Origin: a virus
UHGV virus genome: UHGV-0114450
Strand: one strand, 5' to 3'
Length of the DNA stretch: 37,666 bases
The notes beneath the pieces are model-generated. The model saw nothing but the letters and a program-made list of their open reading frames with translations. It searched no databases and had not been told where the DNA came from. Below, piece after piece: positions 7,591-16,477 of this stretch (positions are counted from its first letter, which is position 1; the number at the start of each line of letters is the position of its first letter). The translations under genes and the position numbers were made by a program.

Positions 7591-10544
7591 CAGATTCCCC
7601 TACCTTTTCGTTCCAGTATTCTTCCGAGGTTACTGTCTATCCTCGGTGCCAATCGGCCAGCAATAACTCCATCATCCAGCACAATATCTTTATCCAGACC
7701 ATCAAGAATTTCTGGAAAATATTTTGCAAGCAGCTCAATCAGTTTCTGCAGATAATACTCCACATTTCTGTTCTGATCTGCAACAGCTTCCGCAATCATA
7801 TTCCGGATCGCGCTTTTACCACCAACAATTTCATCTCCCGCTTCTCCGCCGACCCGCAGTTTTCCGGATTGACTGAGTCCGAACGCGGTAGGTTCCGTCA
7901 GAAGCATAGGATCATTCATTGCTTTTTTATACCAGCTGATACCAAAGTGCGGTACCTGCGGCGGATTTAGGCTGAAGGATCCGCTCACACTAAAATGTGG
8001 AAGTTTGAGTTTTGGCAAGGACCATGAAAAATTGAAAAATGACTTGATTTGGTCAATTCCAGATTTGACTGCATCCCTTGCACCGTCCATCTTGGAACGG
8101 AATTTTCCAACCAGCTGATCCAGTTTACCGCCGGTCAACGTGTTGATTGCATCGTAGCCGACAGAGTAATACTGTTTCATTCCTTCCATCGTGGCGGCCG
8201 CTATTCCTTCAATACCGCCTCCGTGCTCCTGGTATTTCTGCTTAATCGCATCGAGTTTTCCAGATACATAATCTTTGGCGGAAGAAATCTTGTCCGACAT
8301 TGTTTGTTTCACATTGGACCAGGCTTCCAACGTTTTTTCTTTGATGGAATTCCATTTTTCGGAGATTGCTTCCTTCAGTTCTCCAGCTTTTGCGGTCACT
8401 TTGTCCCAGTTTTTATACAGCAGGACTCCAATCGCAATAATTGCTCCAATTGCAATGATTGCCAATCCGATTGGAGATACAAGGAATTGTACTGCCGCAC
8501 CAAGTGCTGTTGTCGCTGCTGTTGCTCCGGTTGATACCGTTGTCCAGATTGTCGTCGCAGTTGAAAGCGCTGCCTTTCCGATCGCAGCCACATTGTCAGC
8601 CGCATACAAGCCATAGATTGCCGCTGTTTCCACGCCAGACGCTGCCGCTGATGCAATTGATGATGCATTGTAAGCAATCACCAATGCCGTAACGGTTCCG
8701 ATTGCAACAGCAATCAATTCCAGTGCTGTGCTATGTTCCTCACACCACTGTTTTGCATCTTTCGCCCCCTGCACGACATCCTGCGAAATTTCTTTGATGG
8801 CATTGATGGTATCGGCAGCAAGATCGATTCCATCGGCAATCAGTTCAATTCCTTCATTGATCAGTGTGCTTACATCATCTACGGCATCTCCGCTTGATAC
8901 GTATTCCTTGAATTTATCAATAAGCGGCTGTACCGCCTCGGAGGCAGCTTGAAAAGCATCTGCCGCAGGCTTAACCGCATCTTGCAATTTTTCGAAAGAC
9001 TTCTGAACTTTTTCTACGGAGGAACCCGCATTTTCCTTAATGGTAGTGAGGCTGGAAGAAGCATCGTTCTTCAATTTAGACAATTTTGAAGATGTTTTTT
9101 CAACAAAATTTTCTACGGTTGGGGTAGCAGTTCCATCTATCAAAGATGCAGTGCCGTGAACTATATCGTCAACTGATTTTCCATGCTTTTTCCACAGACT
9201 TATTATGCCGATAATTGCAATTCCGGCAACTCCCAGGCCTCCCAAAGCGCCAACTAAACCAGAAATTCCAGAAATTAACGAACCACCAACCTGGATTACA
9301 GTTCCAAATCCAGAAGTGATCTTGCCAAGAATCATTATCGCTGGTGAAGCAACCGTAATTCCAAGCATCACAGTTGCTATCGTGGTTTTCATGGGCTCTG
9401 GCAGTTCGTCAAACCAAGTAACAAGTTCATCAACCCTGTTGCACACGTTTTCTATCGTTGGTGCCAGCGATGACATGAATGCAGTGCCGAGCTCAATTCC
9501 AGCATTTTTCATACTGTTCATGGCTTTATTGATTTTGACAGTCGGTGTGTTCAGTTTTTCCAGTGCTTCCCCGACATCATCTGTCTTGGATGCCATCGTG
9601 GACACCGTACTGTTAAACTCATCAACTCCGCCGTTCAGAATAGCAAGACCAGCTTTTCCTGCCTCAGCAGAACTCCACAGTTCGTTGTATGCAATGCTGT
9701 TCTCATCCGCATAGTCTTTGGTTATTTTTAAGACATCACCCAGCGACATGCCGGTCGCCATGCACTCCTGGAATGACTTTCCAGTCTTTTCCTTGATTAC
9801 GCCACCAAGTGTTGTTCCACTGTCGCCTAACTCGTTCATCATGCTGTTCATATAGGTGGTTGCTTCAGCAGTCGCAATACCCTGTTTTGTCAACATGATG
9901 TATCCAGATGTCAGGTTATCAATATTGACTCCCATAGCGGATGCTGTCGGGATGATTTTACCAATAGAAGATGCCAGTTCATCAACGGTCGTCTTTCCTA
10001 AGTTCTGTGTACGTACCAACTCATTTGAGATCTCACCTGCCGTTCCGGCGCTGTCTCCATAAGCATTCATGGCAGTCGTCAGGACATCAACAGCCGTCGA
10101 TGTGGATGTAAAACCAGCTTTTGCAAGGTTTCCGGCAACCTCAACGAACTCTCCAACCTCCCCGACGTTCCTTCCGGCAGACAGCGCCTGATAGCCTGCT
10201 TCTGCCAATTCAGTTGCCGCCAGTCCGGTTTTGTTTGATAACTGTAAAAACTCTTTCGAAAGCTTACCAACGGATGTTTTAGACGTATCAAACAACGTGG
10301 ACATCTTCGCCATACCGTTTGAAAAGTCATTTGCTCCTTTGGCACTTGCTGTCAGCACGCCACCGACTGCCACACTTACAGGCGCAAGCTTCTTACCAAT
10401 AGACGAAACGGTTTCTCCCACTTTTGAAACGGATTGTCCAATCGTTGTTGCCAGATTTTCGCCCTTTTCCGTTGTTTCCTGGATTGCCTGGTTGGCTTCG
10501 CTGTTATTAACTGCTATCGTTCCAAACAGCTTGAATAATTCCAA
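7590..10544 (-). CDS. Tail tape measure protein (TP901-like)
   Basis: ~984 aa, Ala/Gly/Thr-rich and helical, with NLGKTTVDELA core, TM segments and W/F periodic repeats. Likely TTG start at 10544 after AAGGAGG. Confidence 0.93.
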   Translation of the reverse strand: MELFKLFGTIAVNNSEANQAIQETTEKGENLATTIGQSVSKVGETVSSIGKKLAPVSVAVGGVLTASAKGANDFSNGMAKMSTLFDTSKTSVGKLSKEFLQLSNKTGLAATELAEAGYQALSAGRNVGEVGEFVEVAGNLAKAGFTSTSTAVDVLTTAMNAYGDSAGTAGEISNELVRTQNLGKTTVDELASSIGKIIPTASAMGVNIDNLTSGYIMLTKQGIATAEATTYMNSMMNELGDSGTTLGGVIKEKTGKSFQECMATGMSLGDVLKITKDYADENSIAYNELWSSAEAGKAGLAILNGGVDEFNSTVSTMASKTDDVGEALEKLNTPTVKINKAMNSMKNAGIELGTAFMSSLAPTIENVCNRVDELVTWFDELPEPMKTTIATVMLGITVASPAIMILGKITSGFGTVIQVGGSLISGISGLVGALGGLGVAGIAIIGIISLWKKHGKSVDDIVHGTASLIDGTATPTVENFVEKTSSKLSKLKNDASSSLTTIKENAGSSVEKVQKSFEKLQDAVKPAADAFQAASEAVQPLIDKFKEYVSSGDAVDDVSTLINEGIELIADGIDLAADTINAIKEISQDVVQGAKDAKQWCEEHSTALELIAVAIGTVTALVIAYNASSIASAAASGVETAAIYGLYAADNVAAIGKAALSTATTIWTTVSTGATAATTALGAAVQFLVSPIGLAIIAIGAIIAIGVLLYKNWDKVTAKAGELKEAISEKWNSIKEKTLEAWSNVKQTMSDKISSAKDYVSGKLDAIKQKYQEHGGGIEGIAAATMEGMKQYYSVGYDAINTLTGGKLDQLVGKFRSKMDGARDAVKSGIDQIKSFFNFSWSLPKLKLPHFSVSGSFSLNPPQVPHFGISWYKKAMNDPMLLTEPTAFGLSQSGKLRVGGEAGDEIVGGKSAIRNMIAEAVADQNRNVEYYLQKLIELLAKYFPEILDGLDKDIVLDDGVIAGRLAPRIDSNLGRILERKGRGI

Positions 10545-10570
10545 AAAAGTGCACCTCCTTTTTTTCCACG

Positions 10571-10615
10571 AAAAAAAGACAGCCATGAAGGAACACTTCT
10601 GCCCTTCATGGCCGC
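10571..10615 (-). terminator. Intrinsic terminator between tail chaperone and TMP
   Basis: GCGGCCATGAAGGGC-loop-GTTCCTTCATGGCTGT followed by CTTTTTTT. Confidence 0.7.
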
Positions 10616-10630
10616 TTATAGTTTGTATTG

Positions 10631-11379
10631 TTATCCAGGAGGAACGAACCCTTTCAGGATTTCTGCTGAGCTGTTGACGATATCTGCCACATCCGATGCT
10701 GATACCGGCTTTTCTGCAGCTTTTTTGCTTTCGCAGGCGTTTACATACTCCTCAAAGCTCATATCATCCCACACTTTGTGCAGATAATATTCCCATCTGA
10801 TCTTTTCCGTTTTCTCGTCCACAATCATCTGCAGGATTGTCACTGAAAACTCATACAATTGTCCAAGCCGGATCATATCGTCTATGATTCGATACGGATC
10901 TGCATAGCGCCGAGCCAGCAGATCGACGTATTTGATATATCCTATCGATTGAACAACTTCATAACACGTCCGAAAAAATCCTGGAATTCCTGCTTCGTCA
11001 CAATGTCCAGAATAATTTCGCCATAATCTGCGAACGGGAGATGCCGCACCTGATCAAGGCTCATACCGGTGACAGAGGCCACGAAGGTCTGAATCTCTTC
11101 CTCTGCTTTTGGAATATTAGAAAACGCAATTCCGGCAATTCCTAAAAGGACATCAATTCCAGCAGCTTCGACACTCTTACCTTTAATGTCATCCTGATTA
11201 AAAGCTTCTTTGAACTGCCGGACTCCAACTGCTGTGATGATTTTGCAGATCTGGCCCATATCAGTTGCCACTAGCGGACGCAGGTTATATTTCTTTTCTT
11301 CCACTGCTGCGTCTCCGAGAAGTTCACTTTCTACTGCTTCTTTTAATTCATTGATATTTACGATGTTTTCTTCAGCCAT
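10631..11379 (-). CDS. Tail assembly chaperone, long frameshifted form (gpGT-like)
   Basis: A -1 shift at T TTT TTC gives an open frame (DFFRTCYEVVQSIGYIKYVDLLARRYADPYRIIDD) running into the 10631-10876 ORF. Confidence 0.85.
10942..11379 (-). CDS. Tail assembly chaperone, short form (gpG-like)
   Basis: Lies between the major tail protein and the TMP and ends ...FQDFFGRVMKLFNR. Confidence 0.88.
   Translation of the reverse strand: MAEENIVNINELKEAVESELLGDAAVEEKKYNLRPLVATDMGQICKIITAVGVRQFKEAFNQDDIKGKSVEAAGIDVLLGIAGIAFSNIPKAEEEIQTFVASVTGMSLDQVRHLPFADYGEIILDIVTKQEFQDFFGRVMKLFNR
10972..10978 (-). promoter_or_regulatory. -1 programmed ribosomal frameshift slippery heptamer TTTTTTC
   Basis: X XXY YYZ heptamer in the correct phase (GAT TTT TTC) near the end of the chaperone gene. 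Confidence 0.85.
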
Positions 11380-11403
11380 TTTCTTTTATCTCCTTTACAC
11401 TGG

Positions 11404-12057
11404 TTATTCTGAAACTGCTTTTTCTGCCTTCTGTGCCGCCTGCGTAGCGGATGCTTTCGGGGTATAGATGTGATACGGGAGTTTTGCCGTATTGCTTCCC
11501 GCTTTCAGATCTGCAACACACTTAAACGTCACGGAAGCAACAGACGGATCCTTGCTTTTGGTATCCGCTTCAAATCCTTCCGTACAGAGTGCATAGTCAA
11601 ACAACACGATGATCGGGCTGCCGTCCGTCTTGAATCCTACAAACGCAAAATTCTCGATATAATCTGTGTCTTCGATTCTCTCTTTTGACTCGATTACATC
11701 GAATCTTTCATCTTCTGATGTGCCATCTGCCCCGATGACCGTTGCTTTCAGAATATCTTTCGAAAGCTCGATCACGTTGGCATCCACCTGCGCCGTCTCG
11801 CCTGTTTTCTGGATCAGCCCTTTTGCATCCACCAGCACGCCGTCAACATCGATATTCGTGACGGTCGGCTTGATCGAGAGTTTGTTTCCGCCGGAAGTGG
11901 CACCGATTACGGATCCTGTCCACTTACTGCTGCTCTTATCATATTTAAAATTTTTGAAAATAGTTCCTGCTCCAAGCAGGATATTCTTCGGGGTGTTCGC
12001 CGACACACCAGAAGTTGGAAAATCTGACCAATCTGCTCCCATTATTTCGTCCTCCAT
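11404..12057 (-). CDS. Major tail tube protein
   Basis: TPKNILLGAG and IGATSGG motifs, and position in the tail module. Start may be the Met at 12042. Confidence 0.88.
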   Translation of the reverse strand: MEDEIMGADWSDFPTSGVSANTPKNILLGAGTIFKNFKYDKSSSKWTGSVIGATSGGNKLSIKPTVTNIDVDGVLVDAKGLIQKTGETAQVDANVIELSKDILKATVIGADGTSEDERFDVIESKERIEDTDYIENFAFVGFKTDGSPIIVLFDYALCTEGFEADTKSKDPSVASVTFKCVADLKAGSNTAKLPYHIYTPKASATQAAQKAEKAVSE

Positions 12058-12425
12058 TCTTTCACTGTAAGATTAACCTGCAGCCGTTTTAAGAAGCCGT
12101 CTCCGGTCGGTACCGGGAACGCATTCCCATAAAAAACAGCAATCCCCGTTCCATTGCTGAGAATTGCTGTCCTACCGTTTGCAGGGAATATCTGTTCAAT
12201 TGTTTCTTTCTGGTTTTCCAGCTCCAGCCACGATCCCCGACTGGTTCCCGTCAGGATGAATTGCGTTTCCTGCTCTCCATCTTCATTACGGGGTTCCGCT
12301 TCGCTGTATTCTCCGACCCAATAGGATTCCAGCGAACTGACCGGGGATGTAAACTCCATAAATTCATATGGAATACCGGCGCTGGCCATTGCATCTCTGA
12401 TGAACTGCAGTCCTGCTTTTGTCAT
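12042..12425 (-). CDS. Tail completion/terminator protein
   Basis: Synteny, 127 aa size and YWVGEY motif. Confidence 0.7.
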   Translation of the reverse strand: MTKAGLQFIRDAMASAGIPYEFMEFTSPVSSLESYWVGEYSEAEPRNEDGEQETQFILTGTSRGSWLELENQKETIEQIFPANGRTAILSNGTGIAVFYGNAFPVPTGDGFLKRLQVNLTVKEWRTK

Positions 12426-12832
12426 GATCCTAAACCTTTCATAATCTGCTCCAGCCGCGCCTGCAGTTTGCCTTTCGAACTCGTAAAAGCATTGTTCAGC
12501 GCACGGTTCGGTTTCTTTCCGGTCGTCTTATGCCAGTTGCCCTTTTGGTCCTTGTACGTCCACGCGGTCTTGCGGCCGTCGCCATTCAATGCATACTGGC
12601 CGGTGCCAAATTCCTCCCAGATCGCATTTTCCAGCGGGCTACCGACCTTTGCTTCTCCGGCATCTTCATCTACGCTGTACGTCCAGGAGTTTTTGAGCTG
12701 GCCGGTATCTACGCGGGTATTCCGTTTTACCTGTGCTTCCAGCTCCCCGGATGCCTCCCGCAGCCACTTCTTCGTGGCATCATTCAGGGCTTCTTTTGCC
12801 CGAATAGAATAATCGTCAAACTCTACGGACAT
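12422..12832 (-). CDS. HK97 gp10-like neck/tail protein
   Basis: RVDTGQLKNSW and AIWEEFGTG motifs. Confidence 0.88.
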   Translation of the reverse strand: MSVEFDDYSIRAKEALNDATKKWLREASGELEAQVKRNTRVDTGQLKNSWTYSVDEDAGEAKVGSPLENAIWEEFGTGQYALNGDGRKTAWTYKDQKGNWHKTTGKKPNRALNNAFTSSKGKLQARLEQIMKGLGS

Positions 12833-12833
12833 C

Positions 12834-13166
12834 TCACTGACCTCCTGTGTATTTCAGATAGATTTCCAGATGCTTATGCAGTCCCATCGGATCATCAATC
12901 AGCATCACATCATAGGCGGCACCATTGACCACCATACGGCTGTTTTCTGCTCCCGCAGATGCCGGAAGTGCTTTCCAGTCTGCCAGGAAGATATGCGTCG
13001 ATTCCTGAATTTTAGCATCGTACGTGGTATATTTGCTGTCTCCAGAAGATAGATCCAGAAAGCCTTTGATAGTAGCCGCTGTCTGCCATACCTTTACCGC
13101 CTCGCCAATCTCATTCTTCGCGGTGGTGCTGGTCTGAATTTCTGCTGTAGTATTTCCTCCAATCAT
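12834..13166 (-). CDS. Head closure / head-tail adaptor protein
   Basis: KNEIGE...W and IDDPMGLHKHLEIYL pattern, plus synteny. Confidence 0.8.
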   Translation of the reverse strand: MIGGNTTAEIQTSTTAKNEIGEAVKVWQTAATIKGFLDLSSGDSKYTTYDAKIQESTHIFLADWKALPASAGAENSRMVVNGAAYDVMLIDDPMGLHKHLEIYLKYTGGQ

Positions 13167-13179
13167 CGCCGCTCTCCTC

Positions 13180-13704
13180 TTAGAATCTTACTTTTTTGTA
13201 CGGCACCAGAAAGCCAAGCAGGGCCTTTGGAAAACCCATGCTGGAATTATTGCTGCCCATATCAAAATACGTCACCGTGTGCCTGCTGAGCGTCTCTGAC
13301 TGGATTCCCACCTTGTCCCGGTTTTCGAGATCCCATTTCAGCATATTCAGCACACCCATTTTCACATCCATGGGGTACTCAACCTTGATTACCAGCACGC
13401 ACGGTTCATCAATCAGTGGCCGGTCAAGCTCCGCAAAACCATCTTCCATGCTCTTTACGGAATACACACCATCGCAATATATGGAATCCGTGATCTGCAC
13501 CGTATCACCGCCAGAAAGCAGCGCGGTAGTCAGATACAGCTTCTGGGACATCGCCGGACACTGGAAGCGGATGTTCCGCTGCTGAAAATTGTTGTTGGTA
13601 TATTTTCTGATCAGCAGCTCCAGTGCCTGAAGTTTCCCCTCAAGCACTTCGTCTGCTGCATCAGTAGTTATCAGCTTTCTGCATTCCTCTACTGACAGTA
13701 TCAT
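13180..13704 (-). CDS. Head-tail connector (adaptor) protein
   Basis: IRKYTNNNF and GIQSETLSRHTVTY motifs, plus synteny. Confidence 0.8.
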   Translation of the reverse strand: MILSVEECRKLITTDAADEVLEGKLQALELLIRKYTNNNFQQRNIRFQCPAMSQKLYLTTALLSGGDTVQITDSIYCDGVYSVKSMEDGFAELDRPLIDEPCVLVIKVEYPMDVKMGVLNMLKWDLENRDKVGIQSETLSRHTVTYFDMGSNNSSMGFPKALLGFLVPYKKVRF

Positions 13705-13719
13705 ACGGGATTCACACTC

Positions 13720-13944
13720 CTACGCTTCTTTGTTTTCTGCAGCCTTTGTTTTTCTTTTCGGCTGTTTTTCTGTACCTTCCGCGCCTTCATCGATTGCTTC
13801 GACCGCGTACCCTTCATGTTCCCGGAACCACGCCGCCATGCGGTCGTCTGTGATTGTCGCTTCTCCATTGGCAAAAGCAACACCTCCAGCATCCACGCCC
13901 GTATAATTCGTGCGGTTTGTAGTTGTAACGATATATTTACTCAT
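13720..13944 (-). CDS. Small head-associated hypothetical protein
   Basis: GAGG RBS. Lies directly after the capsid gene. Confidence 0.7.
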   Translation of the reverse strand: MSKYIVTTTNRTNYTGVDAGGVAFANGEATITDDRMAAWFREHEGYAVEAIDEGAEGTEKQPKRKTKAAENKEA

Positions 13945-13958
13945 TCTCTCATTCCTCC

Positions 13959-14957
13959 TCAGGCAATTTTGATATTGCGCAGAACACCCGCATGTGCAGT
14001 GTTTTTCAGCACAGTTGCAGCCACCATCTCAACCTCGCCTTTCTTAACAACTCCCGGCTGTGAGAAATCTGGAGTGTACTGATCGATCGCCTTGCTTCCT
14101 GCAAGTGTCGCCGCGTGGAAACCATCGTTGATATCAAATTTAACAGCATAAATATCAGTCAGGCCGGTGGTGGCGCTGGAATCAGAACCGATTGTACGGG
14201 ACAGTCCTTTTTTAACTACTGCGTTTGCAGTTGCTGTATTGTCGGATACAGTGTAATGGTTTTTCAGGTCCATCATTCTCACACCGTCCATAACGGTCAC
14301 TTTTTTGCCGAACGCCTCTTCTGATTCGGTTTTGTAGCCAAGGATTCTTGCCACGGTCTGCACCTTTGTGATCATATCGTTATTCATCAGCAACGCATCT
14401 GCCTCAGTATCGCGGATCAGCCGGGTCAGTGCCTCGTAGAACTCATCTGCGTTTGCTTTCAGCGCAGTAATATTCGACAAATCAATTTTTCCGGCAGCGC
14501 CAAACTCGGAAGTGGTACCAACCAGCATCTTATCCAGACCGTCAAATTCTTTTTCATTGCTGGTAGAGTTACCATTGATCAGCGTATAATGGAACAGAGA
14601 AACCGCCGCACGGATCTTCTCTTCCATCTGCCATGCCATGTTGTTATACTTTCCTTCTGCTTTTTTCAGAACACGATCCATGTCAAACTCGCCGCCGAAA
14701 ATTTTCAGATTGGCATGTTTCTCGACCAGAGTTGCTGAAGAGTGCTGGTATTCCTCGCCTAACGCACGGAACGATGCAGTAGACGGCAGCACTTTCTGCA
14801 GGTAGGAATACGTCAGGGTGGATCCACCCTGCGGGGAAACAGTATCATCAAACGGGAGCAGCTGGAGAATTTCAGACTCTCTCAGAAAGATATCTACCAC
14901 CTTCGTTGCTACTTTGTCGTTCATTCCGACTTTCATTTCAGCCAGTGTAAATGCCAT
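13959..14957 (-). CDS. Major capsid protein
   Basis: 332 aa after the scaffold gene. ILQLLPF, FGGEFDMDRVL, EFDGL motifs and C-terminal GVLRNIKIA. Confidence 0.92.
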   Translation of the reverse strand: MAFTLAEMKVGMNDKVATKVVDIFLRESEILQLLPFDDTVSPQGGSTLTYSYLQKVLPSTASFRALGEEYQHSSATLVEKHANLKIFGGEFDMDRVLKKAEGKYNNMAWQMEEKIRAAVSLFHYTLINGNSTSNEKEFDGLDKMLVGTTSEFGAAGKIDLSNITALKANADEFYEALTRLIRDTEADALLMNNDMITKVQTVARILGYKTESEEAFGKKVTVMDGVRMMDLKNHYTVSDNTATANAVVKKGLSRTIGSDSSATTGLTDIYAVKFDINDGFHAATLAGSKAIDQYTPDFSQPGVVKKGEVEMVAATVLKNTAHAGVLRNIKIA

Positions 14958-14975
14958 AATTTTTTCCGCCTTTCT

Positions 14976-15626
14976 TTAAACATTATTGGTTTCATATTTC
15001 TGCCGAAGTGCTTCTGCAAGGTCCTTTGGCTCTGCGTCGCCGCGGTTTCCCTCCGACCCCGGAAGACGGCCATTGTCCAGACGGCCATATCCGCCCTCTC
15101 CACTTCCGGCAGATTCGAACATTTTCGGGAACTGTGTTTTCAGCCCGGAAATCTGATCATTCCAGCCTTTGATATTGTCGTTTTCGTCCAGCTCCAGGGA
15201 TTCCCCTTTTTCTTTCAGCTTTTCGTTGAGCTTGAAGGTCAGATAGTCCACATCAACGGCCTTTTCACTCATCAGCGCCACCTTGACGGCCGCTTTTACT
15301 CTGGTTTCCGTCAGCTGTGCCTGCAACTGCTGTACCTGCGTTTCATATCCGCTGATCTTGCCCTGCAACTCTTCGTTTCCTTTGGTCCCTTTCTTCAGAT
15401 CCTCGATCAGATTGTTCGCCGTGGTGAGCTCCGTGTCTTTGCCAGAAACAATACCGTTCAGCTTGTCGATCTCCGCATCGTACTTGCTTTTGCTGACGTA
15501 CTCCCCTTCGGAAAGGTCCGCATACCGGATGTGTTTCAGCTTATCCGGCTCATTTGCATTCTTTTCGTCGATTTTCGCCTTTACCTGGTTCCACAGCTCA
15601 GCACCCAACAGTTCCTCTAATTTCAT
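14976..15626 (-). CDS. Capsid scaffolding protein (Phage GP20-like)
   Basis: Coiled-coil with EYVSKSKY and C-terminal DLAEALRQKY. ATG at 15626 after GAAAGGAAG. Confidence 0.85.
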   Translation of the reverse strand: MKLEELLGAELWNQVKAKIDEKNANEPDKLKHIRYADLSEGEYVSKSKYDAEIDKLNGIVSGKDTELTTANNLIEDLKKGTKGNEELQGKISGYETQVQQLQAQLTETRVKAAVKVALMSEKAVDVDYLTFKLNEKLKEKGESLELDENDNIKGWNDQISGLKTQFPKMFESAGSGEGGYGRLDNGRLPGSEGNRGDAEPKDLAEALRQKYETNNV

Positions 15627-15735
15627 AGCTTCTTCCTTTCCCGCGCAGATGCATTTCCGCACGTTCGGCCTTTTTAACTCCTTGCCGCAGGGAATTATTC
15701 AGCACAGTTTTATCGTCTTGAGCTTTTTGGACAAT

Positions 15736-15760
15736 AAAAAGGCACCCTTACGAATGCCTT
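15736..15760 (-). terminator. Intrinsic terminator upstream of the scaffold gene
   Basis: AAGGCATTC-GTAA-GGGTGCCTT-TTT. Confidence 0.65.
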
Positions 15761-15808
15761 AAAATACTATTTAATCCATAATTGGGAGACAAACGGATCA
15801 CCGCCTTT

Positions 15809-16120
15809 CTACGGTTCGATTCGATCAATACCATACTCAACAGCGCAAGTGTGCTCGATCTTGCATCCTCTAGCGTCTTCCCAGCCGTGAGCGAAATATG
15901 CTACATCTGCTCCTGCCAGTAATTCCAGGGACTTTCCAAGAAACCAGAGCGGCTTAGCGTCAACAGGTGCTTCCTGGAAGAATGAATCAATAGCCTCTAC
16001 TTGCTCTCCAATCACGTCTTCTGCACTCTTGATTGCTTTCTTACGTTCTGCAAGGATATCTTCATCAGACTTTCCTTTCATTGGCTGTGAAATAAACAAT
16101 TTCTTCATAGATTTGTACAT
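15809..16120 (-). CDS. DUF4406-like / nucleoside 2-deoxyribosyltransferase-fold protein
   Basis: LFISQPMKG and GWEDARGCKIEH motifs. Start may be 16108. Confidence 0.75.
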   Translation of the reverse strand: MYKSMKKLFISQPMKGKSDEDILAERKKAIKSAEDVIGEQVEAIDSFFQEAPVDAKPLWFLGKSLELLAGADVAYFAHGWEDARGCKIEHTCAVEYGIDRIEP

Positions 16121-16121
16121 C

Positions 16122-16391
16122 CTATTCTTCTGTATGACATGTATTTGTTATTTTACCGTATACATCCTCATAAAGTTCCTGCTTGTCACCGTTATAGGTG
16201 TATTCGGCATAGATACCATCTCCGCTGATAGTGGTTGATGCAAGGCACTTATAATTCTGAAGTGTTTTGCACGACCATACTACGAATACATTTCCGAGGT
16301 CGATCTGAACCTCTGGTTTGTTCTTGTGGTACCATTCAACAAGTTTCTTCTGTGCAACACTCTCAAAATGCGCCATTCCTGTAATAATCAT
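16122..16391 (-). CDS. DUF6275-like phage protein
   Basis: VFVVWSCKTLQNYKCLAST and YTYNGDKQELYEDVY motifs. GAGGTG RBS. Confidence 0.8.
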   Translation of the reverse strand: MIITGMAHFESVAQKKLVEWYHKNKPEVQIDLGNVFVVWSCKTLQNYKCLASTTISGDGIYAEYTYNGDKQELYEDVYGKITNTCHTEE

Positions 16392-16439
16392 ATTTTCACC
16401 TCGTCCTTTCTGACCTCATATAATGGTCATATATGTAAT

Positions 16440-16477
16440 AAAAAAGCAAAGGTGTATAATTGTGTACCTTTGCTTTT
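16440..16477. terminator. Bidirectional terminator after the MuF gene
   Basis: AAAAGCAAAGGT...ACCTTTGCTTTT inverted repeat with A/T tracts on both sides. Confidence 0.7.
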
